Assembly: GCA_964016885.1 (NCBI GenBank)
Contig: OZ024744.1
Span: forward strand, 131,936,001-132,000,000
Direction of reading: 5' to 3'
From: Eledone cirrhosa
Lineage: Eukaryota
DNA length: 64,000 bases
A program made the position numbers and the translations under genes. Of this stretch, positions 1 to 11,665 are shown piece after piece; position 1 is the first letter of the stretch; the number at the start of each line of letters is the position of its first letter. The notes beneath the pieces are model-generated. The model was given only the letters and a program-made list of their open reading frames with translations. It was not told the DNA's origin and made no database searches.

Positions 1-3000
1 TTGGGGTTGAGTTAAGTTGGGGTTGAGTTAATTTAGGGTTAAGTTAAGTTGGGGTTAAGTTAAGTTGGGTTTAAGTTAAGTTGGGGTTAAATTAAGTTGG
101 GGTTAAATTAAGTTGGGGTTAAGTTAGGTTGGGGGTAAGTTAAGTTGGGGGCAAGTTAAGTTGGGGTTAAGTTAAGTTGGGGTCAAATTAAGTTGGGGTT
201 AAGTTAAGTTGGTGTTAAGTTAAGTTGGGGTTTATTTAAGTTGGGGTTAATTAAGTTGGGGTTAAGTTAAGTTGGGGTTAAGTTAAGTTGGGGTTAATTT
301 AAGTTGGGGTTGAGTTAAGTTGGGGTTAAGTTAAGTTGTGTTTATATTAAGTTGGGGTTAAGTTAAGTTGGGGTTAAGTTAAGTTGGGGTTCAGTTAAGT
401 TGCGGTTAAGTTAAGTTGGGGTTAAGTTAAGTTGGGGTTAAGTTAAGTTGGGGTTAATTTAAGTTGGGGTTAAGTTAAGTTGGTGTTAAGTTAAGTTGGG
501 GCTAAGTTAAGTTGGGGCTGAGTTAAGTTGGGGCTGAGTTAAGTTGGGGTTAAGTTAAGTTGGGGTTGAGTTAAGTTGGGGTTAAGTTAAGTTGGGGTTA
601 AGTTAAGTTGGGGTTTAGTTAAGTTGGCGTTCAGTTAAGTTGGGGTTAAGTTAAGTTTGGGTTAAATTAATTTGGGGTTAAGTTAAGTTGGGGTTTAGTT
701 TAGTTGGGGTTAAGTTAAGTTAGGGTTAATTTAAGTTGGGGTTAAGTTAAGTTGCGGGTAATTTAAGTTGGGGTTAAGTTAAGTTGGGGTTAAGTTAAGT
801 TGGGGTTAAGTTAAGTTGGGGTTAAGTTAAGTTGGGGTTAAGTTAAGCTGGGGGTAAGTTAAGTTGGGGGTAAGTTAAGTTGGGGGTAAGTTAAGTTGGG
901 GTTAAGTTAAGATAGGGTTAAGTTAAGTTGGGGTTGAGTTAAGTTGGGGTTAAGTTAAGTTGGGGTTACGTTAAGTTGGGGTTAAGTTAAGTTGCGGTTA
1001 AGTTAAGTTGGGGTTAAGTTAAGTTGGGGTTAAGTTAAATGGGGGTTCAGTTAAGTTGGGGTTAAGTTAAGTTGGGGTTAAGTTAAGTTGGGGTTAAGTT
1101 AAGTTGGAGTTAAGTTAAGTTGGGGTTAAGTTGGGGTTAAGTTAAGTTAGGGTTAAGTTAAGTTGGGGTTGAGTTAAGTTGGGGCTAAGTTAAGTTGGGG
1201 TTAAGTTAAGTTGGGGTTCAGTTAATTTGGGGTTAAGTTAAGTTGGGGTTAAGATGGGGTTAAATTATGTTGGGGTTAAGTTAAGTTGGGGTTAAGTTAA
1301 GTTGGGGTTCAGTTAAGTTGGGGTTAAGTTAAGTTGGGGTTAAGATGGGGTTAAATTAAGTTGGGGTTAAGTTAAGTTGGGGTTAAGTTAAGTCGGGGTT
1401 AAGTTAAGTCGGGGTTAAGTTAAGTTAGGGTTAATTTAAGTTGGAGTTGAGTTATGTTGGGGTTAAGTTAAGTTGGGGTTAAGTTAAGTTGCAGTTAATT
1501 TAAGTTGAGGTTAAGTTAAGTTGGGGTTAAGTTAAGTTGGGGTTAAGTTAAGTTGGGGCTAAGTTAAGTTGGGGCTAAGTTAAGTTGGGGTTCAGTTAAG
1601 TTGGGGTTAAGTTAAGTTTGGGTTAAGTTGGGGTTAAATTAAGTTGGGGTTAAGTTAAGTTGGGGTTTAGTTAAGTTGGGGTTAAGTTAAGTTGGGGTTA
1701 ATTTAAGTTGGGGTTAAGTTAAGTTGGGGTTAAGTTAAGTGTTGGTTATGTTAAGCTGGGGTTAAGTTAAGTTGGGGTTAATTTAAATTGGGGTTAAGTT
1801 AACTTTGTGGTTAAGTTAAGTGGGGGTTAAGTTAAGTTGGGGTTAAGTTAAGTTGGGGTTGAGTTAAGTCGGGGTTAAGTTAAGTTGGCGTTGAGTTAAG
1901 TTGGGGTTAATTTAAGTTGGGGCTAAGTTAATTTGTGGTTAAGTTAAGTTGGGGTTAAGTTGGGGTTGAGTTAAGTTGGGGTTGAGTTAATTTAGGGTTA
2001 AGTTAAGTTGGGGTTAAGTTAAGTTGGGTTTAAGGTAAGTTGGGGTTAAATTAAGTTGGGGTTAAATTAAGTTGGGGTTAAGTTAGGTTGGGGGTAAGTT
2101 AAGTTGGGGGCAAGTTAAGTTGGGGTTAAGTTAAGTTGGGGTCAAATTAAGTTGGGGTTAAGTTAAGTTGGTGTTAAGTTAAGTTGGGGTTTATTTAAGT
2201 TGGGGTTAATTAAGTTGGGGTTAAGTTAAGTTGGGGTTAAGTTAAGTTGGGGTTAATTTAAGTTGGGGTTGAGTTAAGTTGGGGTTAAGTTAAGTTGGGT
2301 TTATATTAAGTTGGGGTTAAGTTAAGTTGGGGTTAAGTTAAGTTGGGGTTCAGTTAAGTTGCGGTTAAGTTAAGTTGGGGTTAAGTTAAGTTGGGGTTAA
2401 GTTAAGTTGGGGTTAAGTTAAGTTGGGGTTAAGTTAAGTTGGTGTTAAGTTAAGTTGGGGCTAAGTTAAGTTGGGGCTGAGTTAAGTTGGGGCTGAGTTA
2501 AGTTGGGGTTAAGTTAAGTTGGGGTTGAGTTAAGTTGGGGTTAAGTTAAGTTGGGGTTAAGTTAAGTTGGGGTTTAGTTAAGTTGGCGTTCAGTTAAGTT
2601 GGGGTTAAGTTAAGTTTGGGTTAAGTTGGGGTTAAATTAATTTGGGGTTAAGTTAAGTTGGGGTTTAGTTTAGTTGGGGTTAAGTTAAGTTAGGGTTAAT
2701 TTAAGTTGGGGTTAAGTTAAGTTGCGGGTAATTTAAGTTGGGGTTAAGTTAAGTTGGGGTTAAGTTAAGTTGGGGTTAAGTTAAGTTGGGGTTAAGTTAA
2801 GTTGGGGTTAAGTTAAGCTGGGGGTAAGTTAAGTTGGGGGTAAGTTAAGTTGGTGGTAAGTTAAGTTGGGGTTAAGTTAAGATAGGGTTAAGTTAAGTTG
2901 GGGTTGAGTTAAGTTGGGGTTAAGTTAAGTTGGGGTTACGTTAAGTTGGGGTTAAGTTAAGTTGCGGTTAAGTTAAGTTGGGGTTAAGTTAAGTTGGGGT

Positions 3001-3155
3001 TAAGTTAAATGGGGGTTCAGTTAAGTTGGGGTTAAGTTAAGTTGGGGTTAAGTTAAGTTGGGGTTAAGTTAAGTTGGAGTTAAGTTAAGTTGGGGTTAAG
3101 TTGGGGTTAAGTTAAGTTAGGGTTAAGTTAAGTTGGGGTTGAGTTAAGTTGGGGT
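1..3155 (+). repeat. Higher-order duplication: about 1-1170 repeated at about 1960-3155 (offset 1959-1970)
   Basis: GGGGGCAAG (C at 152 and 2111), GATAGGG (911 and 2881), GCTGGGGG, TTACG and AAATGGGGG occur in the same order. The offset shifts by one 11-bp monomer. Confidence 0.88.
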
Positions 3156-3164
3156 TAAGTTAAG

Positions 3165-6100
3165 TGGTGGTTATGTTAAGTTGGGGCTAAGTTAAGTTGG
3201 GGTTAATTTAAAATGGGGTTAAGTTAACTTTGTGGTTAAGTTAAGTTGGGGTTAAGTTAAGTTGGGGTTAATTTAAGTTGGGGTTGAGTTAAGTTGGGGT
3301 TGAGTGAAGTTGGGGTTAAGTTAAGTTGGGGTTAAGTTAAGTTGGGGTTAAGTTAAGTTGGGGTTAAGTTGGGTTTAAGTTAAGTTGGGGATAAATTAAG
3401 TTGGGGTTAAATTAAGTTGGGGTTAAGTTAAGTTGGGGGTAAGTTAAGTTGGGGTTAAGTTAAGTTGGGGTTAAGTTAAGTTGGGGTTAAGTTAGGTTGG
3501 GGTCAAGTTAAGTTGGGGTTAAGTTAAGTTGGGGTTAAGTTAAGTTGGGGTTAATTTAGTTGGGGTTAAGTTAAGTTGGGGCTAAGTTAAGTTGGGGCTA
3601 AGTTAAGTTGGGGGTAAGTTAAGTTGGGGTTAAGTTAAGTTGGGGTTAAGTTAAGTTGGGGTTAAGTTAAGTTGGGGTTAAGTTAAGTTGGTGTTAAGTT
3701 AAGTTGGGGCTAAGTTAAGTTGAGGCTAAGTTAAGTTGGGGTTCAGTTAAGTTGGGGTTAAGTTAAGTTGGGGTTAAGATGGGGTTAAATTAAGTTGGGG
3801 TTTAGTTAAGTTGGGGTTAAGTTAAGTTGGGGTTAAGTTAAGTTGGGGTTAAGTTAAGTCGGGGTTAATTTAAGTCGGGGTTAATTTAAGTTAGGGTTAA
3901 GTTTAATTGGAGTTAAGTTAAGTTGGGGTTAAGTTAAGTTGGGGGTAAGTTAAGTTGGGGTTAAGTTAAGTTGGGGTTAAGTTAAGTTGGGGTTAAGTTA
4001 GGTTGGGGTCAAGTTAAGTTGGGGTTAAGTTAAGTTGGGGTTAAGTTAAGTTGGGGTTAATTTAGTTGGGGTTAAGTTAAGTTGGGGCTGAGTTAAGTCG
4101 GGGTTAAGTTAAGTTGGGGTTAAGTTAAGTTGGGGTTAAGTTAAGTTGGGGTTAAGTTAAGTTGGGGTTGAGTTAAGTTGGGGTTAAGTTAAGTTGGGGT
4201 TAAGTTAAGTTGGGGTTCAGTTAAGTTGGGGTTAAGTTAAGTTGGGGTTAAGATGGGGTTAAATTAAGTTGGGGTTTAGTTAAGTTGGGGTTAAGTTAAG
4301 TTGGGGTTAAGTTAAGTTGGTGTTAAGTTAAGTCGGGGTTAATTTAAGTCGGGGTTAAGTTAAGTTAGGGTTAAGTTAAGTTGGAGTTAAGTTAAGTTGG
4401 GGTTGATTTAAGTTGGGGTTGAGTTAAATTAGGGTGGAGTTAAGTTGGGGTTGAGTTAAGTTGGTGTTGAGTTAAGTTGCAGTTAAGTTATATTGAGGTT
4501 AAGTTAAGTTGGGGTTAAGTTAAGTTGGGGTTAAATTAAGTTTGGGTTAAGTTGGGGTTAAATTAAGTTGGGGTTAAGTTAAGTTGGGGTTTAGTTAAGT
4601 TGGGGTTAAGTTAAGTTGGGGTTAAGTCAAGTTGGGGTTAAGTCAAGTTGGGGTTAAGTAAAGTTGGGGTTCAGTCAAGTTGGGGTTAAGTTAAGTTGGG
4701 GTTAAGTTAAGTTGGGGTTAAGTTAAGTTGGGCGTAAGTTAAGTTGGGTGTAAGTTAAGTTGGGGTTAAGTTAAGTTGGGGTTAAGTTAAGTTGGGGTTA
4801 ATTTAAGTTGGGGTTAAGTTAAGTTGGGGTTAAGTTAAGTGGTGGTTATGTTAAGTTGGGGTTAAGTTAAGTTGGGGTTAATTTAAATTGGGGTTAAGTT
4901 AACTTTGTGGTTAAGTTAAGTTGGGGTTAAGTTAAGTTGGGGTTAAGTTAAGTTGGGGTTGAGTTAATTGGGGTTGAGTGAAGTTGGGGTTAAGTTAAGT
5001 TGGGGTTAATTTAAGTTGGGGTTAAGTTAAGTCGGGGTTAAGTTAAGTCGGGGTTGAGTTAAGTTGGGGTTAATTTAAGTTGGGGCTAATTTAATTTGTG
5101 GTTAAGTTGGGGTTAAGTTAAGTTGGGGTTAAGTTAAGTTGGGGTTGAGTTAAGTTGGGGTTGAGTTAATTTAGGGTTCAGTTAAGTTGGGGTTAAGTTA
5201 AGTTGGGTTTAAGTTAAGTTGGGGTTAAATTAAGTTGGGGTTAAGTTAAGTTGGGGGTAAGTTAAGTTGGGGGCAAGTTAAGTTGGGGTTAAGTTAAGTT
5301 GGGGTTAAATTAAGTTGGGGTTAAGTTAAGTTGGTGTTAAGTTAAGTTGGGGTTTATTTAAGTTGGGGTTAATTAAGTTGGGGTTAAGTTAAGTTGGGGT
5401 TAAGTTAAGTTGGGGTTAATTTAAGTTGGGGTTGAGTTAAGTTGGGGTTAAGTTAAATGGGTTTATATTAAGTTGGGGTTAAGTTAAGTTGGGGTTCAGT
5501 TAAGTTGCGGTTAATTTAAGTTGGGGTTAAGTTAAGTTGGGGTTAAGTTAAGTTGGGGTTAAGTTTAGTTGCGGCTAAGTTAAGTTGGGGTTAAGTTAAG
5601 TTGGTGTTAAGTTAAGTTGGGGCTAAGTTAAGTTGGGGCTGAGTTAAGTTGGGGCTGAGTTAAGTTGGGGTTAAGTTAAGTTGGGGTTGAGTTAAGTTGG
5701 GGTTAAGTTAAGTTGGGGTTAAGTTAAGTTGGGGTTAAGTTAAGTTGGGGTTTAGTTAAGTTGGGGTTCAGTTAAGTTGGGGTTAAGTTAAGTTTGGGTT
5801 AAGTTGGGGTTAAATTAATTTGGGGTTAAGTTAAGTTGGGGTTTAGTTTAGTTGGGGTTAAGTTAAGTTGGGGTTAATTTAAGTTGGGGTTAAGTTAAGT
5901 TGCGGGTAATTTAAGTTGGGGTTAATTTAAGTTGGGGTTAAGTTAAGTTGGGGTTAAGTTAAGTTGGGGTTAAGTTAAGTTGGGGGTAAGTTAAGTTGGG
6001 GGTAAGTTAAGTTGGGGGTAAATTAAGTTGGGGTTAAGTTAAGTTAGGGTTAAGTTAAGTTGGGGTTGAGTTAAGTTGGGGTTAAGTTAAGTTGGGGTTA

Positions 6101-9100
6101 TGTTAAGTTGGGGTTAAGTTAAGTTGCGGTTAAGTTAAGTTGGCGTTATGTTAAGTTGGGGTTAAGTTAAATTGGGGTTAAGTTAAGTTGGGGTTAAGTT
6201 AAGTTGGGGTTAAGTTAAGTTGGGGTTAAGTTAGATTGTGGTTAAGTTAAGTTGGGGTTAAGTTAAGTTGGGGTTAAGTTAAGTTGGGGTTAAGTTAAGG
6301 CGGGGTTAAGTTGAGTTGGTGTTAAGTTAAGTTGGGGTTAAGTTAAGTTGGGGTTGAGTTAATTTGGGGTTAACTTAAGTTGGGGGTACTTAAGTTGGGT
6401 TTAAGTTAAGTGGGGTTAAGTTAAGTTGGGGTTAAGTTAAGTTGGGGTTAAGTTAAGTTGGGGTTAAGTTAGGTTGTGGTTAAGTTAAGTTGGGGGTAAG
6501 TTAAGTTGGGGGTAAGTTAAGTTGGGGTTAATTTAAGTTGGGTCTAATTAAGTTGGGGTTAATTTAAGTTGGGGTTAAGTTAAGTTGGGGTTGAGTTAAT
6601 TTGGGGTTAACTTAAGTTGGGGGTACTTAAGTTGGGTTTAAGTTAAGTGGTGTTAAGTTAAGTTGGGGGTAAGTTAAGTTGGGGGTAAGTTAAGTTGGGG
6701 TTAATTTAAGTTGGGTCAAATTAAGTTGGGGTTAAGTTAAGTTGGGGTTAAGTTAAGTTGGGATTAAGTTAAGTTGGGGTTGAGTTAAGTTGGGGTTGAG
6801 TTAATTTAGGGTTAAGTTAAGTTGTGGTTAAGTTAAGTTGGGTTTAAGTTAAGTTGGGGTTAAAGTAAGTAGGGGTTAAATTAAGTTGGGGTTAAGTTAG
6901 GTTGGGGGTAAGTTAAGTTGGGGGCAAGTTAAGTTGGGGTTAAGTTAAGTTGGGGTTAAATTAAGTTGGGGTTAAGTTAAGTTAGTGTTAAGTTAAGTTG
7001 AGGTTTATTTAAGTTGGGGTTAATTAAGTTGGGGTTAAGTTAAGTTGGGTTTAAGTTACGTTGGGGTTAATTTAAGTTGGGGTTGAGTTAAGTTGGGGTT
7101 AAGTTAAGTTGGGTTTTTATTAAGTTGGGGTTAAGTCAAGTTGGGGTTAAGTTAAGTTGGGGTTCAGTTAAGTTGCGGTTAAGTTAAGTTGGGGTAAAGT
7201 TAAGTTGGTGTTAAGTTAAGTTGGGGTTAAGTTAAGTTGGTGTTAAGTTAAGTTGGGGCTAAGTTAAGTTGGGGCTGAGTTAAGTTGGGGCTGAGTTAAG
7301 TTGGGGTTAAGTTAAGTTGGGGTTGAGTTAAGTTGGGGTTAAGTTAAGTTGGGGTTAAGTTAAGTTGGGGTTAAGTTAAGTTGGGGTTTAGTTAAGTTGG
7401 GGTTCAGTTAAGTTGGGGTTAAGTTAAGTTTGGGTTAAGTTGGAGTTAAATTAATTTGGGGTTAAGTTAAGTTGGGGTTTAGTTTAGTTGGGGTTAAGTT
7501 AAGTTGGGGTTAATTTAAGTTGGGGTTAAGTTAAGTTGCGGGTAATTTAAGTTGGGGTTAAGTTAAGTTGGGGTTAAGTTAAGTTGGGGTTAAGTTAAGT
7601 TGGGGTTAAGTTAAGTTGGGGGTAAGTTAAGTTGGGGTCAAGTTAAGTTGGGGTTAAAATTAAGTTGGGGTTAAGTCAAGTTGGGGTTAAGTTAAGTTGG
7701 GGTTAATTTAGTTGGGGTTAAGTTAAGTTGGGGCTAAGTTAAGTTGGGGCTAAGTTAAGTTGGGGTTAAGTTAAGTTGGGGTTAAGTTAAGTTGGGGTTA
7801 ATTTAAATTGGGGTTAAGTTAACTTTGTGGTTAAGTTAAGTTGGGGTTAAGTTAAGTTGGGGTTAATTTAAAATGGGGTTAAGTTAACTTTGTGGTTAAG
7901 TTAAGTGGTGGTTATGTTAAGTTGGGGTTAAGTTAAGTTGGGGTTAATTTAAAATGGGGTTAAGTTAACTTTGTGGTTAAGTTAAGTTGGGGTTAAGTTA
8001 AGTTGGGGTTAATTTAAGTTGGGGTTGAGTTAAGTTGGGGTTGAGTGAAGTTGGGGTTAAGTTAAGTTGGGGTTAAGTTAAGTTGGGGTTAAGTTAAGTT
8101 GGGGTTAAGTTGGGTTTAAGTTAAGGTGGGGTTAAATTAAGTTGGGGTTAAATTAAGTTGGGGTTAAGTTAAGTTGGGGGTAAGTTAAGTTGGGGTTAAG
8201 TTAAGTTGGGGTTAAGTTAAGTTGGGGTTAAGTTAGGTTGGGGTCAAGTTAAGTTGGGGTTAAGTTAAGTTGGGGTTAAGTTAAGTTGGGGTTAATTTAG
8301 TTGGGGTTAAGTTAAGTTGGGGCTAAGTTAAGTTGGGGCTAAGTTAAGTTGGGGGTAAGTTAAGTTGGGGTTAAGTTAAGTTGGGGTTAAGTTAAGTTGG
8401 GGTTAAGTTAAGTTGGGGTTAAGTTAAGTTGGTGTTAAGTTAAGTTGGGGCTAAGTTAAGTTGAGGCTAAGTTAAGTTGGGGTTCAGTTAAGTTGGGGTT
8501 AAGTTAGGTTGGGGTTAAGATGGGGTTAAATTAAGTTGGGGTTTAGTTAAGTTGGGGTTAAGTTAAGTTGGGGTTAAGTTAAGTTGGGGTTAAGTTAAGT
8601 CGGGGTTAATTTAAGTCGGGGTTAAGTTAAGTTAGGGTTAAGTTAAGTTGGAGTTAAGTTAAGTTGGGGTTAAGTTAAGTTGGGGGTAAGTTAAGTTGGG
8701 GTTAAGTTAAGTTGGGGTTAAGTTAAGTTGGGGTTAAGTTAGGTTGGGGTCAAGTTAAGTTGGGGTTAAGTTAAGTTGGGGTTAAGTTAAGTTGGGGTTA
8801 ATTTAGTTGGGGTTAAGTTAAGTTGGGGCTGAGTTAAGTCGGGGTTAAGTTAAGTTGGGGTTAAGTTAAGTTGGGGTTAAGTTAAGTTGGGGTTAAGTTA
8901 AGTTGGGGTTGAGTTAAGTTGGGGTTAAGTTAAGTTGGGGTTAAGTTAAGTTGGGGTTCAGTTAAGTTGGGGTTAAGTTAAGTTGGGGTTAAGATGGGGT
9001 TAAATTAAGTTGGGGTTTAGTTAAGTTGGGGTTAAGTTAAGTTGGGGTTAAGTTAAGTTGGTGTTAAGTTAAGTCGGGGTTAATTTAAGTCGGGGTTAAG

Positions 9101-11665
9101 TTAAGTTAGGGTTAAGTTAAGTTGGAGTTAAGTTAAGTTGGGGTTGATTTAAGTTGGGGTTGAGTTAAATTAGGGTGGAGTTAAGTTGGGGTTGAGTTAA
9201 GTTGGTGTTGAGTTAAGTTGCAGTTAAGTTAAGTTGAGGTTAAGTTAAGTTGGGGTTAAGTTAAGTTGGGGTTAAATTAAGTTTGGGTTAAGTTGGGGTT
9301 AAATTAAGTTGGGGTTAAGTTAAGTTGGGGTTTAGTTAAGTTGGGGTTAAGTTAAGTTGGGGTTAAGTCAAGTTGGGGTTAAGTCAAGTTGGGGTTAAGT
9401 AAAGTTGGGGTTCAGTCAAGTTGGGGTTAAGTTAAGTTGGGGTTAAGTTAAGTTGGGGTTAAGTTAAGTTGGGCGTAAGTTAAGTTGGGTGTAAGTTAAG
9501 TTGGGGTTAAGTTAAGTTGGGGTTAAGTTAAGTTGGGGTTAATTTAAGTTGGGGTTAAGTTAAGTTGGGGTTAAGTTAAGTGGTGGTTATGTTAAGTTGG
9601 GGTTAAGTTAAGTTGGGGTTAATTTAAATTGGGGTTAAGTTAACTTTGTGGTTAAGTTAAGTTGGGGTTAAGTTAAGTTGGGGTTAAGTTAAGTTGGGGT
9701 TGAGTTAATTGGGGTTGAGTGAAGTTGGGGTTAAGTTAAGTTGGGGTTAATTTAAGTTGGGGTTAAGTTAAGTCGGGGTTAAGTTAAGTTGGGGTTGAGT
9801 TAAGTTGGGGTTAATTTAAGTTGGGGCTAATTTAATTTGTGGTTAAGTTGGGGTTAAGTTAAGTTGGGGTTAAGTTAAGTTGGGGTTGAGTTAAGTTGGG
9901 GTTGAGTTAATTTAGGGTTCAGTTAAGTTGGGGTTAAGTTAAGTTGGGTTTAAGTTAAGTTGGGGTTAAATTAAGTTGGGGTTAAGTTAAGTTGGGGGTA
10001 AGTTAAGTTGGGGGCAAGTTAAGTTGGGGTTAAGTTAAGTTGGGGTTAAATTAAGTTGTGGTTAAGTTAAGTTGGTGTTAAGTTAAGTTGGGGTTTATTT
10101 AAGTTGGGGTTAATTAAGTTGGGGTTAAGTTAAGTTGGGGTTAAGTTAAGTTGGGGTTAATTTAAGTTGGGGTTGAGTTAAGTTGGGGTTAAGTTAAATG
10201 GGTTTATATTAAGTTGGGGTTAAGTTAAGTTGGGGTTCAGTTAAGTTGCGGTTAATTTAAGTTGGGGTTAAGTTAAGTTGGGGTTAAGTTAAGTTGGGGT
10301 TAAGTTTAGTTGCGGCTAAGTTAAGTTGGGGTTAAGTTAAGTTGGTGTTAAGTTAAGTTGGGGCTAAGTTAAGTTGGGGCTGAGTTAAGTTGGGGCTGAG
10401 TTAAGTTGGGGTTAAGTTAAGTTGGGGTTGAGTTAAGTTGGGGTTAAGTTAAGTTGGGGTTAAGTTAAGTTGGGGTTAAGTTAAGTTGGGGTTTAGTTAA
10501 GTTGGGGTTCAGTTAAGTTGGGGTTAAGTTAAGTTTGGGTTAAGTTGGGGTTAAATTAATTTGGGGTTAAGTTAAGTTGGGGTTTAGTTTAGTTGGGGTT
10601 AAGTTAAGTTGGGGTTAATTTAAGTTGGGGTTAAGTTAAGTTGCGGGTAATTTAAGTTGGGGTTAATTTAAGTTGGGGTTAAGTTAAGTTGGGGTTAAGT
10701 TAAGTTGGGGTTAAGTTAAGTTGGGGGTAAGTTAAGTTGGGGGTAAGTTAAGTTGGGGGTAAATTAAGTTGGGGTTAAGTTAAGTTAGGGTTAAGTTAAG
10801 TTGGGGTTGTGTTAAGTTGGGGTTAAGTTAAGTTGGGGTTATGTTAAGTTGGGGTTAAGTTAAGTTGCGGTTAAGTTAAGTTGGCGTTATGTTAAGTTGG
10901 GGTTAAGTTAAATTGGGGTTAAGTTAAGTTGGGGTTAAGTTAAGTTGGGGTTAAGTTAAGTTGGGGTTAAGTTAGATTGTGGTTAAGTTAAGTTGGGGTT
11001 AAGTTAAGTTGGGGTTAAGTTAAGTTGGGGTTGAGTTAAGGCGGGGTTAAGTTGAGTTGGTGTTAAGTTAAGTTGGGGTTAAGTTAAGTTGGGGTTGAGT
11101 TAATTTGGGGTTAACTTAAGTTGGGGGTACTTAAGTTGGGTTTAAGTTAAGTGGGGTTAAGTTAAGTTGGGGTTAAGTTAAGTTGGGGTTAAGTTAAGTT
11201 GGGGTTAAGTTAGGTTGTGGTTAAGTTAAGTTGGGGGTAAGTTAAGTTGGGGGTAAGTTAAGTTGGGGTTAATTTAAGTTGGGTCTAATTAAGTTGGGGT
11301 TAATTTAAGTTGGGGTTAAGTTAAGTTGGGGTTGAGTTAATTTGGGGTTAACTTAAGTTGGGGGTACTTAAGTTGGGTTTAAGTTAAGTGGTGTTAAGTT
11401 AAGTTGGGGGTAAGTTAAGTTGGGGGTAAGTTAAGTTGGGGTTAATTTAAGTTGGGTCTAATTAAGTTGGGGTTAAGTTAAGTTGGGGTTAAGTTAAGTT
11501 GGGATTAAGTTAAGTTGGGGTTGAGTTAAGTTGGGGTTGAGTTAATTTAGGGTTAAGTTAAGTTGTGGTTAAGTTAAGTTGGGTTTAAGTTAAGTTGGGG
11601 TTAAATTAAGTTGGGGTTAAATTAAGTTGGGGTTAAGTTAGGTTGGGGGTAAGTTAAGTTGGGGT
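3165..11665 (+). repeat. Higher-order tandem duplication, offset 4741 bp (about 3165-6925 repeated at about 7905-11665)
   Basis: AAAATGGGG (T at 3214 and 7955), GGGCGTAAG (C at 4733 and 9474) and AAGGCGGGG (C at 6301 and 11042) are each 4741 apart. Confidence 0.92.
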
